A DNA stretch of 63,373 bases, counting the filler, from Reclinomonas americana ATCC 50394 (taxonomy: Eukaryota), in assembly GCA_048213135.1 (NCBI GenBank). It is 36 parts of 36 records of this genome, joined end to end, with 100 filler letters (N's around TTAATTAATTAA, not from the genome) between each part and the next. Parts side by side here need not be neighbours in the genome. Positions count along the whole stretch, not along the records: positions 50,987 to 52,674 come from AFZH01025312.1; positions 52,775 to 54,461 come from AFZH01025313.1; positions 54,562 to 56,246 come from AFZH01025314.1; positions 56,347 to 58,030 come from AFZH01025315.1; positions 58,131 to 59,811 come from AFZH01025316.1; positions 59,912 to 61,592 come from AFZH01025317.1; positions 61,693 to 63,373 come from AFZH01025318.1; 29 more parts are not named here. The stretch is one strand, 5' to 3'. Under the pieces are notes generated by a model. That model was not told where the DNA came from, searched no databases, and worked only from the letters and a program-made list of their open reading frames with translations. The position numbers and the translations under genes are program-made. Of the stretch, positions 52,016 to 63,373 are shown one piece after another; the first letter of the stretch is position 1, and every line of letters starts with the position of its first letter.

Positions 52016-52886
52016 CAGAATGTACATCCACCCACGCCACGCTCTCCATGGCCTGCACGACCTGCATAATTGAGGTGAGTGGGAGGGAAGAAGGAAAGAG
52101 AGATCACGAAGAACAGGGCCACACAACTGCTGAGTGCATGGTGGGATGCGAGTGGGGAGCCGAGTGAGTGAGGTGACAGCCGGTAGCGGGCGATGCACAG
52201 CACGCCTGCAATCATTACGGAACAACGAGGGGGACCTGCCCCTAATTGTCTGCATGTCGGTACACTGTGAGCGAAGAATGGAGGAAGGAGAGAGAAATCT
52301 GCTCTGTCTCACTGACAAACACACCGATCAGCATCTGATACCAGCACGCGTTTGGGCAAGAGGCAAGCCAAGAGAAGCTTCTGCACACACAACCATCCTG
52401 CAAAGGAGAGGGAGAGAGAGATTAGAGTCAGTCAGGCCATCTCACACACTTCGGTATCGGGATGCTCACCATAATGGACTGGTAGGATGGCAATCTATGC
52501 ATCATGAGCAGACCAGCATGCTCGGCCTTGAGCGTGTGCGGGAAGGATGGGGTGGATGACTGGGGAAGCAGATATGCGCACAAAGGTGGGAGACGGTGGA
52601 GAAAGAGAAAGAGAGAGAATCAACAAAGGACAGAAAAAAGGGGGGAGTGGAATGACATGCATCCTTCAGAGCCCNNNNNNNNNNNNNNNNNNNNNNNNNN
52701 NNNNNNNNNNNNNNNNNNTTAATTAATTAANNNNNNNNNNNNNNNNNNNNNNNNNNNNNNNNNNNNNNNNNNNNGGGTGCCCGGCCGTAGACTTTTCTCT
52801 CAAAGTGCAGCGACGAGGTAGCGACGAGTAAAAACGGAGCGTTGAGCGACAAGAACGAAGGGTGTCTGTCCTGCATTGATAACACA

Positions 52887-54391
52887 ATGTCGCACCGGGG
52901 GAGCGGCAGCAATCAGGAGTACGAGGTGTTCCGTGGCTACGAGTACAAGTCGGTGCGTTCAGGCGGGAGTGGCACTGTAGAGTTGTTTGTGCGCGTGCGT
53001 CTCTCTGTGTGTGTGTGTGCGCCATGTGCAGGCGGGCATTGTGCCTCGTGCGCCACCGTGTTGTCTCTGTCTCTTGTCCTCGCTCGCTCTCTTCGCAGCC
53101 TGGTGCATTCGCGTGTGTGCATGTGAGTCGTGGTGTCATTTGCATGCCGAGCGACATGCAGTCACATGCAAAGTGCACGCATGCGGCACATGTGATGTGG
53201 ACCCTTCTCGTCGACGGTGGTTCTTTCTTGTCATTCGTCTTTCTACGATGTGCACAGCAGTGAGTTGGCAGTAGGGGAGAGGAAGTGGGCAAGCGTGGGA
53301 AAGAGGGGTGGAACATGTTTTTGTCGCCCTGCTCACTCGCGCGCGCGCACACTCACACTTGCACACACGCGTTCACGTGTCCACAGAATGTGAACCTTGT
53401 ACTCGAGTCGGAGTCGCGGACACGACGCGGCGATGGACAGGCTTCGGGCGAGCCGATCACCATTCGTGGCAATGTCATTGGCAAGATGGGTGATCGTGTT
53501 GGTTTGCGGGAACGGTGTGTTTCCTTCTTCATGCTTCTTGTCAAAGTCAGCCACCGTGCGCGCTTCTGACTTGTTGTGTTATCGCAGCCCGGAGGAGGTG
53601 GCTGAGGGTCTCGAGAAGAGAAAGCGTCGGCTGGAGGCTTCAGCAGACCAGGTGGCCGACAGTGATGCTGCCATGTCGCAGGCTGCGCGCAAGCGTCGCA
53701 AGGGACAGGCCGGCAATGTGCTGGAGGCACTGGACGAGCTGGACAGCTCGGCGTACCGACCACGTACCGGCGAAACGCGTCAGGCATGTTCATGCTCGTC
53801 GCGCGCTTCGCTTGCGCACTCTTGTCGCACTTCTAATTGGGGGTGTGTGCAGGTCTACGAGATGTTGCTGGGATTTGTGCACATGCAGCTTGGCGACCAG
53901 CCACGCGACGTGCTGCGAAATGCAGTCGACGAAATGCTCACTGTGCTCAAGGACGAGCGGAAACGAGTTGCGTGGTGGTGTCTGGCGTGCTGTGACCGCG
54001 AGAGAATATCCAACTGATTCGCCCTCCCTCTCCCTCAGGAACCGGAAAAGCGCACGTCGATCCAGGAGTTTCTCGGCTCCATCAGTGACGAGGCATTTGC
54101 AAAGCTGACGAACCTGTCTCGCAAAATCACCGATTTCAAGACTGAGGATGGCATGGCCGTGGATGGTGTGTGTGTGCTTGTGTGTGCGTGTGTATGTGTG
54201 TGCAAGTGGCTCACGTCTTCACCTGTGCAGCGGACACCTTGAACGACAAGCTCGGCGTCAATGTCGTCATTGACGACGATGACGACGAGGATGGCGGCAA
54301 CCAGCTGGACGAGATCAACGAGGACGAGGAACTTGATGACGACGAGTTGGCTGGCGTCGACACGGAGGCCGCGCGTGCGCTGGCGGCACAT
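52887..54391 (+). CDS. SNRNP200: U5 snRNP 200-kDa helicase Brr2, N-terminal region
   Basis: YEYKS|NVNLVL, GEP....GKMGDR, YRPRTGETRQ|VYEMLL, LGDQPRDVLRNAVDEMLTVLK, LSRKITDF, LGVNV. Confidence 0.92.
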
Positions 54392-54569
54392 GTTTCGTCA
54401 ATGCAGTTGTGGTGTGACCGATTATGATTGCTGACCAGTGGCTGTGTGTGTGTGTGTGTGTNNNNNNNNNNNNNNNNNNNNNNNNNNNNNNNNNNNNNNN
54501 NNNNNTTAATTAATTAANNNNNNNNNNNNNNNNNNNNNNNNNNNNNNNNNNNNNNNNNNNNTAGTGAGA

Positions 54570-56246
54570 GAGTCCAATTCGCAATCCCTCTCTGACAAAA
54601 TGCGACGCAACTTGTGAGGCGTCTCCAGCACGCGCGACATGGCCGACACTTGCGCCGACGAGCCACCGTTGTCCACACCCTCCAGGAACACGAGGGCCTC
54701 TTCCGAATGGCGTACCAGCTGGTGCACCGTCTTGGCCAGGCGGATCATGCCGTACGCCACCCTGCGACGACACTGGTGAGTCAACATGTCGAATGGAAAC
54801 TGTTATATCATCGAGAACATCACCGCAACTCGGACATGTCGGAGGTGGAGCTCTCCACCAGCAGCAACACGGCCGACAGCACAGGCACAAATACGGTCTC
54901 CACAAAGGAACCCTTCAGCGTCTGCAGACCGGCAACCTGGTCCTCCTGTGCAACCCGCAATTTTCGTCAGCTCAGTTGATCAAGGATAAGCACAAGGAAG
55001 GAACATTAGCGACACAACCTGCGGCAACTCGGTCAGAGCCTGGCATGCCTGGCCGACATGCTCGCGCAGGGTCAACACCAGCGACATGAGAATGCGCTCA
55101 CAAGCCGGTGCCGAATCGTGCTTCGTGGCCAAGCGGTACGTGAGAATGGCAATCAGCGTCGCCAGCAACGACTGGTACGTGCCGGAGCGGCGCTCGACAG
55201 GCGTCTACACCATATCCAGTGAGCGCGAGCGAAAGAAAGCACGAGAATAAGCAGACAAACGCAACCGGGCCCGGAGCCACCACGTCGGCAATCATGGCGC
55301 GGAGATCCACAGCGCAGAAATCGACCATGACGCCAATCAGTGACGACAGAGCGGCCTCCGACACACCTACGTCGACAAATAAGCAATCGCCAGCACACGT
55401 ACGACACACACAGAGTCGGCTGGGAGACGGAACTCTCAATCAGCTGCTCGGCCTCGGCAATCTTCTGGAACTGCTTCAAGCAGACACCGACAACGATCTT
55501 CAGGCTCGAATCTAGCAGTGGGAAAAGCAGTGAGTGTGCGAGAACAGGCAGGTGATATCTTGCCAAAAACACAATCAAACGCACCACCCGGCTTGATTCC
55601 CTCCTCCTTGACGCGCTGCAGCAGACGGCAGAGCACCTCCACGCGCGACTGAGTGGTCGGGAAGATGGCCTCAAAGTTCTGCACGTGGTCCCAGCAAGGT
55701 GAGACTCGAATTGTGTCAAGCAACACAACGATTCTACGCAACGTCGCTGAGGAAATCCTTGGCGACCTGACGCAGGCTCATAGAGGCCGCATTGTTGCCG
55801 TACAGACCGTCGCAGAGACCCGTGATGATCTCGTACACCAGATCTGCGCAAGGCCAGACAGTGAGATGGCATGCACACCAAAGAGGGGACAGCGCACTGC
55901 TGGACACAACGCGTACCGCGGCGTGCCGGCGACCATCCCATCTCATTGCAGTCGAGACGACCGGCAACCTGCACAGAAAACACACAAGATTCGCGCTCTC
56001 AGCGACGTGCAGGGAGAACGCTCCCTTCCCCAGCGTGTGCACACCTTGATGCGGTTGACAGTGGCCTTGCAGGTGGCCTTGAAGCCCCAGTCGTTGTTGC
56101 TGCCATCGGAGTGGAAGTAGAAGTAGATGCGGTCGCCCGGCACCACCTCGCGCGAAAAGTTGCTGCGACCGGTGCGCTTCTCGCGGAACTCGTCGACGTG
56201 ACCCGGAGAGCGGAAGAGCTGCAGGTAGTCGAAGCTGCGGAGAGGG
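54570..56246 (-). CDS. Fragment of a large protein with a CUB-like domain of the type found in giant E3 ligases (HERC2/ZZEF1/MYCBP2-like)
   Basis: FDYLQLF...VVPGDRIYFYFHSDGSNNDWGFKAT followed by helical exons. Confidence 0.55.
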
Positions 56247-56768
56247 NNNNNNNNNNNNNNNNNNNNNNNNNNNNNNNNNNNNNNNNNNNNTTAATTAATT
56301 AANNNNNNNNNNNNNNNNNNNNNNNNNNNNNNNNNNNNNNNNNNNNTTGTTTGTCGACAGACATTGCCTTTGTTTCGTGGACGTGTCTGTGTCTGCTGTG
56401 TACATGTGTTCTTTTGTAAGAGGAAACGAAGGGGTGGGATGATGAGAATGAGAGGGAGGGAGAGAGAGGAAGAAGAACCATGAATGAAGAAATACAACTG
56501 TGCTTGTTAAGCTTGACCCAACATGTTGTCGTGGCCGGGAGGATAAGCGACTTTGCAACTGCGAGCTCGTCGCGTACATGATGGTACTCTCTCACACACA
56601 GCAGCAATCTCCTTGTCCTCTCTCTCTCTCTCTCTCTCTCCTCCGGATCCCTCTCTCTCTCCTCCCTCTCTCTCCGCCCTCTCTCTCTCTCCTCTCCCTC
56701 CGCAACTTGCCGCACGCCTCGGACAAACCGACGAGAGTACTACAGGACGACTTCGCTGGGTGTGCGCA

Positions 56769-57951
56769 ATGAGCGCGTCTGGGTCTCGCAGCACAGACAC
56801 AGACACACGCACTCATGATGATGATGATGAGGGCACCGACGCCGATCTCGATGTACAACCGGTGAACGCGTCTTCTTTCTTGCACGTTGCCAAAACAGTT
56901 GATGAGCTGGCAGCGGGTGCGATGAGGAACACGCTCGCCACTCTGTCTTGCGACACCGTTGTCGCCGCACTCAAACTCGCCCCGGGCCAAGGCGAGGACG
57001 AGTGCTTACACATGCTCTCTGACAGCTCGTGCATATCGATTGTGGTGCGTGTCGTATTCGAATTGCGCGCGCAATGTCGCGTCTTACTCACACCGGCGCG
57101 CGCCGACTGACGTTCACAGAGGGCTGAGGTCGACAGTATTGCGTCGTCGGCGTGCGAAAGAGGCGGCTTGTACGCTGAGCTCAGCGACACTGTGGTGTCG
57201 TGTCGCACACATTTTGATCTTCGCCAAGCCAACTTTTCGAAAGGTGAGCGCCGCTGCGGCAGCGCGTTCATGTGTGTGCATATGTTTACGCGCTCTGACA
57301 CATGTACGTGTGTGTTGCATGATTCGTGCGTGCAGGTCTCCTCAAGCAAGACGGGTGGGAGCACGACGAGGAAACCACTCGCCTATTGTTCCCACCACCA
57401 GCGCTTCCCTTCGTTCTACTTCCTACTGGCAAACCGCGTGGTGCCAAACGATCGCGACCCCTGTACCCCACACTGGCGCAATCGATGGTACAGCTGTTCC
57501 TGCTGTGCGTACACGTACGTGCGCGTGTGAGGTGAGCACGCTGCGCTGCGAGAAGTCGTCTCAACACCCGATGCTAATCAGGATTGTTGGTCCGCAGTGA
57601 TGGCCCTGAACAGCAGCAACACGGAGCGCAGTTGGCAGCATACCTGCAAGACCTCGACATTGCGTTTACAAGCATCATCAATGCGTTCAAAGACGCCTCG
57701 GTACGCGTCGCCGAATTGGTCGAGAGTGCTCTCGGTACGATGGACGCCAACTGGCTGGTTGCCCTCCTATTGTGCGAGGAGTTTGTGGCCTATGAGCACG
57801 TCGAGAGAATGCGGCAGGCACTGGAGGCGAGCAAGGATCAGGCAGCTGAGCGCCGCAAGTGGGGCATGCCTGTGTTCGATGCTAAATCGATCGGTGGTGC
57901 TGCCCCTGCCCTCCGTGAGGCTTGCCGCGGTGTGCAAAAGGGGCACGACCG
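56769..57951 (+). CDS. Unknown multi-exon protein
   Basis: Open exons linked by GT-AG introns; no family recognised. Confidence 0.4.
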
Positions 57952-58131
57952 GTGCATCGTTGCTTGGTGCGTGTGCGAGATAGTACGTAGTCTGACGTCT
58001 TTGTCCTGCAGTACAACTTACTTTCTTGTANNNNNNNNNNNNNNNNNNNNNNNNNNNNNNNNNNNNNNNNNNNNTTAATTAATTAANNNNNNNNNNNNNN
58101 NNNNNNNNNNNNNNNNNNNNNNNNNNNNNNC

Positions 58132-59811
58132 GTCGATGTTCCAGCAGACGATTTCACGCTGCGAGTGTGGGACTTCTGCTCGGAGCTTGCCGGCGAGATG
58201 ATGCAACACTCGTTGACGTCTGTTCGACAGGGCAGACTCGAGGTAATGTGTGCCGAAATCAGTCGTGTGTCGAACTGCGGGTGAATGCTGTCGAGCTCTC
58301 CACTGCGTCGTACGTGCGGGCGGATATCATCTTTCATGACTTTATGGTTGTCCGTGTCGCTCTTTAGCTCTTTCTCGTTCAGCTGCAAGGCAGCAACTGC
58401 TACTTCTTTCACTCTACAGCAGTTCGTATCCATGTCTACGAATCTGCAAGCCCTCCTCCTCCCTCGCCGTCTCCACCAATCGTCTCACACCCTCTCCTGA
58501 CAATGTGTTGCTGGTTGCAGCGTACACAGCGAGCCGCGGCAGAACAACATGTTTGGGCCAAGTGGTTCGATCGGGACGACGCACTGCAGAACTCGCTCGT
58601 GCGCGCAGTTGCGTCGTTGCCGTCTCGAATTGGCCACTTGTTCTCTCTGTGTTGAAGGGTTGAGGTTGCGCAGGCTCTCCTGAAGTGGAGTCGGCTGGGA
58701 GCGTCACAGCAGCGTGTGGAGTTCATACACAAGTCAGTGCTGGAGTACTTTGCTGCGCAGTCGTGGCTAGCCGATGTACATTTGCTGGCGAACGAAGCAG
58801 CCGAGTTGGAGGTGAGCGTTGTGCAGTGTATTTGTTTTTCTTCGCTCGTGTTACGGTGCGTGATGGTCGTCATCTCCTGTAACGCAGGAGCGAATTCATA
58901 GAGTGTGCTGCAGCTTTAGCGGTCAGCGGGCACTGCTCACCTCCGACGAGGTGAGACTTGCTGCCCAGTAACTATCGCAAGTGCGCTCGTTCGGTAAATG
59001 AGCTTACTCTCTCTCTCTCTCTCCGGATCCGCTGTCATTAACAGGCTCTCAACTCGATACTCTCGTTCGTGGCCGAGGCCGAGCCGTCACTCCAGGGCAT
59101 GTTGTGGAGTGCCATTGCGCTCTCTCGCACAGACGAAAGAGTTGCGGCAGTGGCGTCGAGTGCGGCGAGTGCACTGTGTCTCGCGGAGGTACCCTTCAGT
59201 GGACGAGACTTGTCGGGTGTGCGAGTGCGGGGGGCGGATTTGAGGGATGCGGTGATGCACAAAACGGTGTGGCGCGAGGCGGACTTGCGAGCGGTGAATA
59301 TGTGCATGGCTTTTGCGAGGGAGGCGGATTTCCGAGGCGCAGACGTGACGGGCGTGCAGTGGCCGAGAGAACCGATGACGGGGCACGAGGATGGGGTGAA
59401 GGCGGTTGCCGTCACGCCCGATGGCCTGCACATCGTGAGTGCAAGTCAGGACAGCACGCTGCGGGTGTGGTCACTGGCGAATGGAGCCACAGTGTGTCGG
59501 CTGGAAGGACACACCGGAATGGTGCATGCAGTTGCCGTCACTCCCGATGGTCATCACATTGTCAGCGGCGGTGAAGACGGCACCGTGCGCGTGTGGTCTT
59601 TGACAGAGGGAGCAGAGGTGGGACGGCTCGAGGGGCACACGTTGGCGGTGACTTCTGTCGCCGTCAATCCCGATGGTCCGTATGTTATCAGTGGGAGTGA
59701 CGATGAGACCGTGCGAGTGTGGTCGCTGGAGAGTGGCGCAGAAGTGCGGCGGCTGGAGGCGCGCACTGGCGTGTCGTCTGTGGCCATCACTCCCGACGGT
59801 CAGCATATTGT
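58132..59811 (+). CDS. NLR-like NACHT-associated/pentapeptide/WD40 protein, copy 2
   Basis: Collinear and near-identical to 49199-50886, including introns. Confidence 0.85.
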
Positions 59812-59934
59812 NNNNNNNNNNNNNNNNNNNNNNNNNNNNNNNNNNNNNNNNNNNNTTAATTAATTAANNNNNNNNNNNNNNNNNNNNNNNNNNNNNNNNN
59901 NNNNNNNNNNNGAGAGAGAGAGAGACGACAGGCA

Positions 59935-61345
59935 CTACTTGAGCGTGGCCACTGCCTTGATGGCCGCATCGTCCAGATCGGTGGCGGTGATAATCGGCAG
60001 ACCACTGTTCTGCAGCATCTGGTTGCCCTTCTTCACATTCGTGCCTACAACAGAACAGTGAGTCGCGATACATTACGCACAGCGTCAGTGCACACAGTTA
60101 CTGACCTTCCAGCCGAACCACCAGCGGCAGATTGAGGCCCACTTGCTTGGCGGCAGTAATGATACCCTCGGCAATCACATCGCAGCGCATGATGCCACCA
60201 AAAATGTTGACCAAAATGGCCTTCACCTTGGGGTCGGCCGTCAGGATCTTGAACGCTTCCACCACTTGCTTCGTGGTCGCACCGCCACCAACATCGAGGA
60301 AGTTGGCCGGCATGCCACCGTGCAGCTGAATAATGTCCATGGTAGACATGGCCAGGCCGGCGCCGTTCACTGCACACACCATCAACCTGATCAGCTGATA
60401 GCCTCACACACGGAGGCCGCAGCAGCAGCAGCGCACGACTCACCCATGCATCCAATGTTGCCATCGAGGCCGACATAGTTAAGATCGTGCTTCGCCGCCG
60501 CCACCTCACGTGGGTCGCTCTCAGACGTGTCCTCCAAGTCGAACAGCGAGCGTTGGCGGAACTTGGCGGAATCATCAAAGCCGAGCTTTGCGTCACAAGT
60601 CACCACTGTTTCGCAACTCAATGAGAAAGAGATTAAAAAACGCGAAGGACGACAGCGCGACAAACCTCGTCCGTCGGGAGTCTCGGCCCAGGGGTTGATC
60701 TCGATTTGTGTCGCATCAGTGTCCACAAACATCTTGTACACGTTCTCCATCTGCGTCGCCGCCTTCTCCGCCAACGCGCCGGAGAAACCCAGCTTGCGAG
60801 CCAATTCCAAGCACTGCGCACGCTGCGGACCCTTGACCGGGTGTACCGGCATGGTCAGGATGTCACTCGGGTTCTTCGCAGCCACCGCCTCAATGTCCAT
60901 TCCACTGTGCACGCGAGACGACAAATGAGAGGGGCTGAGCGGAGCACAGGGGAAAAGAAAACTCTCACGCACCCCTTGGTCGAGGCGACAAACACGGGTC
61001 CACCAGCTCCACGATCCAACAGCACCGCCAAGTACAGTTCTCGCTTGATATCAATGCACTCGGCGACCAGCACCTTGTTCACGGGGATGCCGCTCGGCGG
61101 AGTCTGATGTGTCACCAACCGCTTGCCCAGCATCTCCTTGGACACGGCAGCCACCTCCGCGGGTCTAACACACATATACACAAGTCAGTCAATCCATCAC
61201 GGCTGGAGGAGGAGGAGGGAACACTCGTGCCAGCACACGCAACGTGTCGACGAGATGCACACCACCACGGTAGCCGGTCTCCACAAAGGTGCCCTTGCCA
61301 CGTCCACCGGCCAAGATCTGCGCCTTGACCACAAACTTCTTTGTC
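59935..61345 (-). CDS. SUCLG2: Succinyl-CoA ligase beta subunit, copy/allele 2
   Basis: Collinear with 37282-38710; the exon differences seen are synonymous. Confidence 0.95.
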
Positions 61346-61694
61346 TGCGAAGCTGTCGACACACAGACACACACCAAGGCAATCACGTTAGCAAACACAG
61401 CGACGAGACACATTGAGTGCGTGTGTGTCTCAATCCGACAAGAATCCGAATCCGAATGCACCACCACCACCAACACACACACACACACACAAGCACGTTC
61501 TCACCACCGCACGTCACACACATCCACGCACACGCATACGACAACGATTCTCCCGAAGACAAACATGCAGACAGACAGAGACACGCATGCAGNNNNNNNN
61601 NNNNNNNNNNNNNNNNNNNNNNNNNNNNNNNNNNNNTTAATTAATTAANNNNNNNNNNNNNNNNNNNNNNNNNNNNNNNNNNNNNNNNNNNNTG

Positions 61695-63373
61695 GGCACG
61701 CTGGAGAGCAGTTCAGTGAGTGCAGTCGGTGTGATCAGCGGCGGCAGTGTGACGACCGCGGGATCGCTGTACGGCGGCAGCATCACCACATACGGTGTGA
61801 TCAATGCTGGTGGAGTGATCACGGGCGGCAGTGTGACGACCAGCGGCACGGTGCAGGGCCTGTCTGTCAGCACATCTGGTGTGATCAGCGGTGGCAGTGT
61901 GACGACAGTGGGCACATTGCAGGGCAACTCGGTCAGCACATTCGGTGTGATCAGCGGTGGCAGTGTGACGACGGTGGGCACACTGGAGAGTGGCTCTGTC
62001 AGCACATTCGGTGTGATCAGCGGCGGCAGTGTGACGACGGTGGGTTCATTGCAGGGCAACTCGGTCAGCACATTCGGTGTGATCAGTGGCGGCAGTGTCA
62101 CGACGGTGGGCACACTGGAGAGTGGATCGGTCAGCACATTTGGTGTGATCAGTGGCGGCAGTGTGACGACAGTGGGCACGCTGGAGAGTGGCTCAGTCAG
62201 TACGTCAGGTCTGCTCGTTGCTGCGAACATCACAACTGCGGGGTCTATTAGTGCAGCAGTCATTGTGACGAATACGCTTGGCATTGCAAGTAACATCAGT
62301 GCTGTAGGCATCGTCAGTGGCGGCAGTCTGGCCACAAGTGGAATACTTTCTGCAGGCAGTATAACGAGTATAATTCTCGCCGTCGATGGTCTTATCAGCG
62401 GTGGCAGTGTGACGACGGTTGGCACGCTTGAGAGTGGCTCAGTTAGCACATTCGGCGTGATCAGCGGCGGCAGTGTGACGACGGTGGGTTCACTGGAGGG
62501 CAGCTCAGTCAGCACATTCGGTGTGATCAGCGGCGGCAGTGTGACGACGGTGGGCACACTGCAGAGCGGCTCAGTCAGCACATTCGGTGTAATCAGCGGC
62601 GGCAGTGTGACGACGGTTGGCACGCTGGAGAGCGGCTCAGTCAGCACATTCGGTGTGATCAGCGGCGGCAGTGTGACGACGGTGGGTTCACTGCAGGGCA
62701 TCTCAGTCAGCACATTCGGTGTGATTAGCGGCGGCAGTGTGACGACGGCGGGCACATTGCAGGGCAGCTCAGTCAGCACATTCGGTGTGATCAGCGGTGG
62801 CAGTGTGACGACGGTTGGCACGCTTGAGAGTGGCTCAGTTAGCACATTCGGCGTGATCAGCGGCGGCAGTGTGACGACGGTGGGCACACTGGAGGGCAGC
62901 TCAGTCAGCACATTCGGTGTAATCAGCGGCGGCAGTGTGACGACGGTGGGCACACTGCAGAGCGGCTCAGTCAGCACATTCGGTGTAATCAGCGGCGGCA
63001 GTGTGACGACGGTTGGCACGCTTGAGAGTGGCTCAGTTAGCACATTCGGCGTGATCAGCGGCGGCAGTGTGACGACGGTTGGTTCATTGCAGAGCGGCTC
63101 AGTCAGCACATTCGGTGTGGTCAGCGGCGGCAGTGTGACGACGGTTGGCACGCTGGAGAGCGGCTCAGTCAGCACATTCGGTGTGATCAGCGGCGGCAGT
63201 GTGACGACGGTGGGTTCACTGCAGAGCGGCTCGTTCAGCACATTTGGCGTGATCAGCGGTGGCAGTGTGACGACGGTTGGCACGCTTGAAAGTGGCTTAG
63301 TTAGCACATTCGGCGTGATCAGCGGCGGCAGTGTGACGACCGCGGGATCGCTGCACGGCGGCAGCATCAGCAC
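61695..63373 (+). CDS. G/S/T/V-rich 22-aa (2x11) repeat protein, virus/phage fibre-like, both ends off-contig
   Basis: Open + frame with no ATG (missed by the ORF track): (GVISGGSVTTV GTLESGSVSTF)n on a 66-bp period, with VINAGGVITGGSV and NISAVGIVSGG variants. Confidence 0.7.

Noticed and set aside
61637..63373. 578-aa minus-strand Pro/Thr/Val ORF from the track
   Set aside because: Likely an antisense shadow: substitutions fit third codon positions of the + frame, whose product resembles known fibre-type repeats.

Overview
This is not one locus. It is 36 short contigs (mostly ~1.7 kb) joined by 35 artificial 100-nt spacers (N44-TTAATTAATTAA-N44), so gene neighbourhoods across spacers mean nothing. 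Most contigs come from an intron-rich, (GA)n/(CA)n-microsatellite-rich microbial eukaryote that uses the standard code. Recognisable genes: class-3 lipase, mitochondrial aconitase, succinyl-CoA ligase beta (2 copies), Vps36, Brr2, a divergent Cdc48, a DOCK GEF, ZMAT2/Snu23, an MDR oxidoreductase, a tandem-PH protein and several secreted repeat proteins. NLR-like genes are also present: one NB-ARC-like gene, two NACHT-type/pentapeptide/WD40 copies and a TPR array. Two contigs are bacterial (an autotransporter; an actinobacterial AI-2E/chorismate mutase/ROK locus), and one encodes a virus-fibre-like 22-aa repeat protein that the ORF track missed. Main observations: (1) about 15 introns use a register-shifted donor, GTTG(C/T/A)G(T); (2) the two NLR-like WD40 copies differ mainly by amino-acid changes in the WD repeats, while the control housekeeping pair differs only synonymously; (3) the fibre-like repeat ORF. 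All family calls come from motif recognition by eye; no database searches were run.
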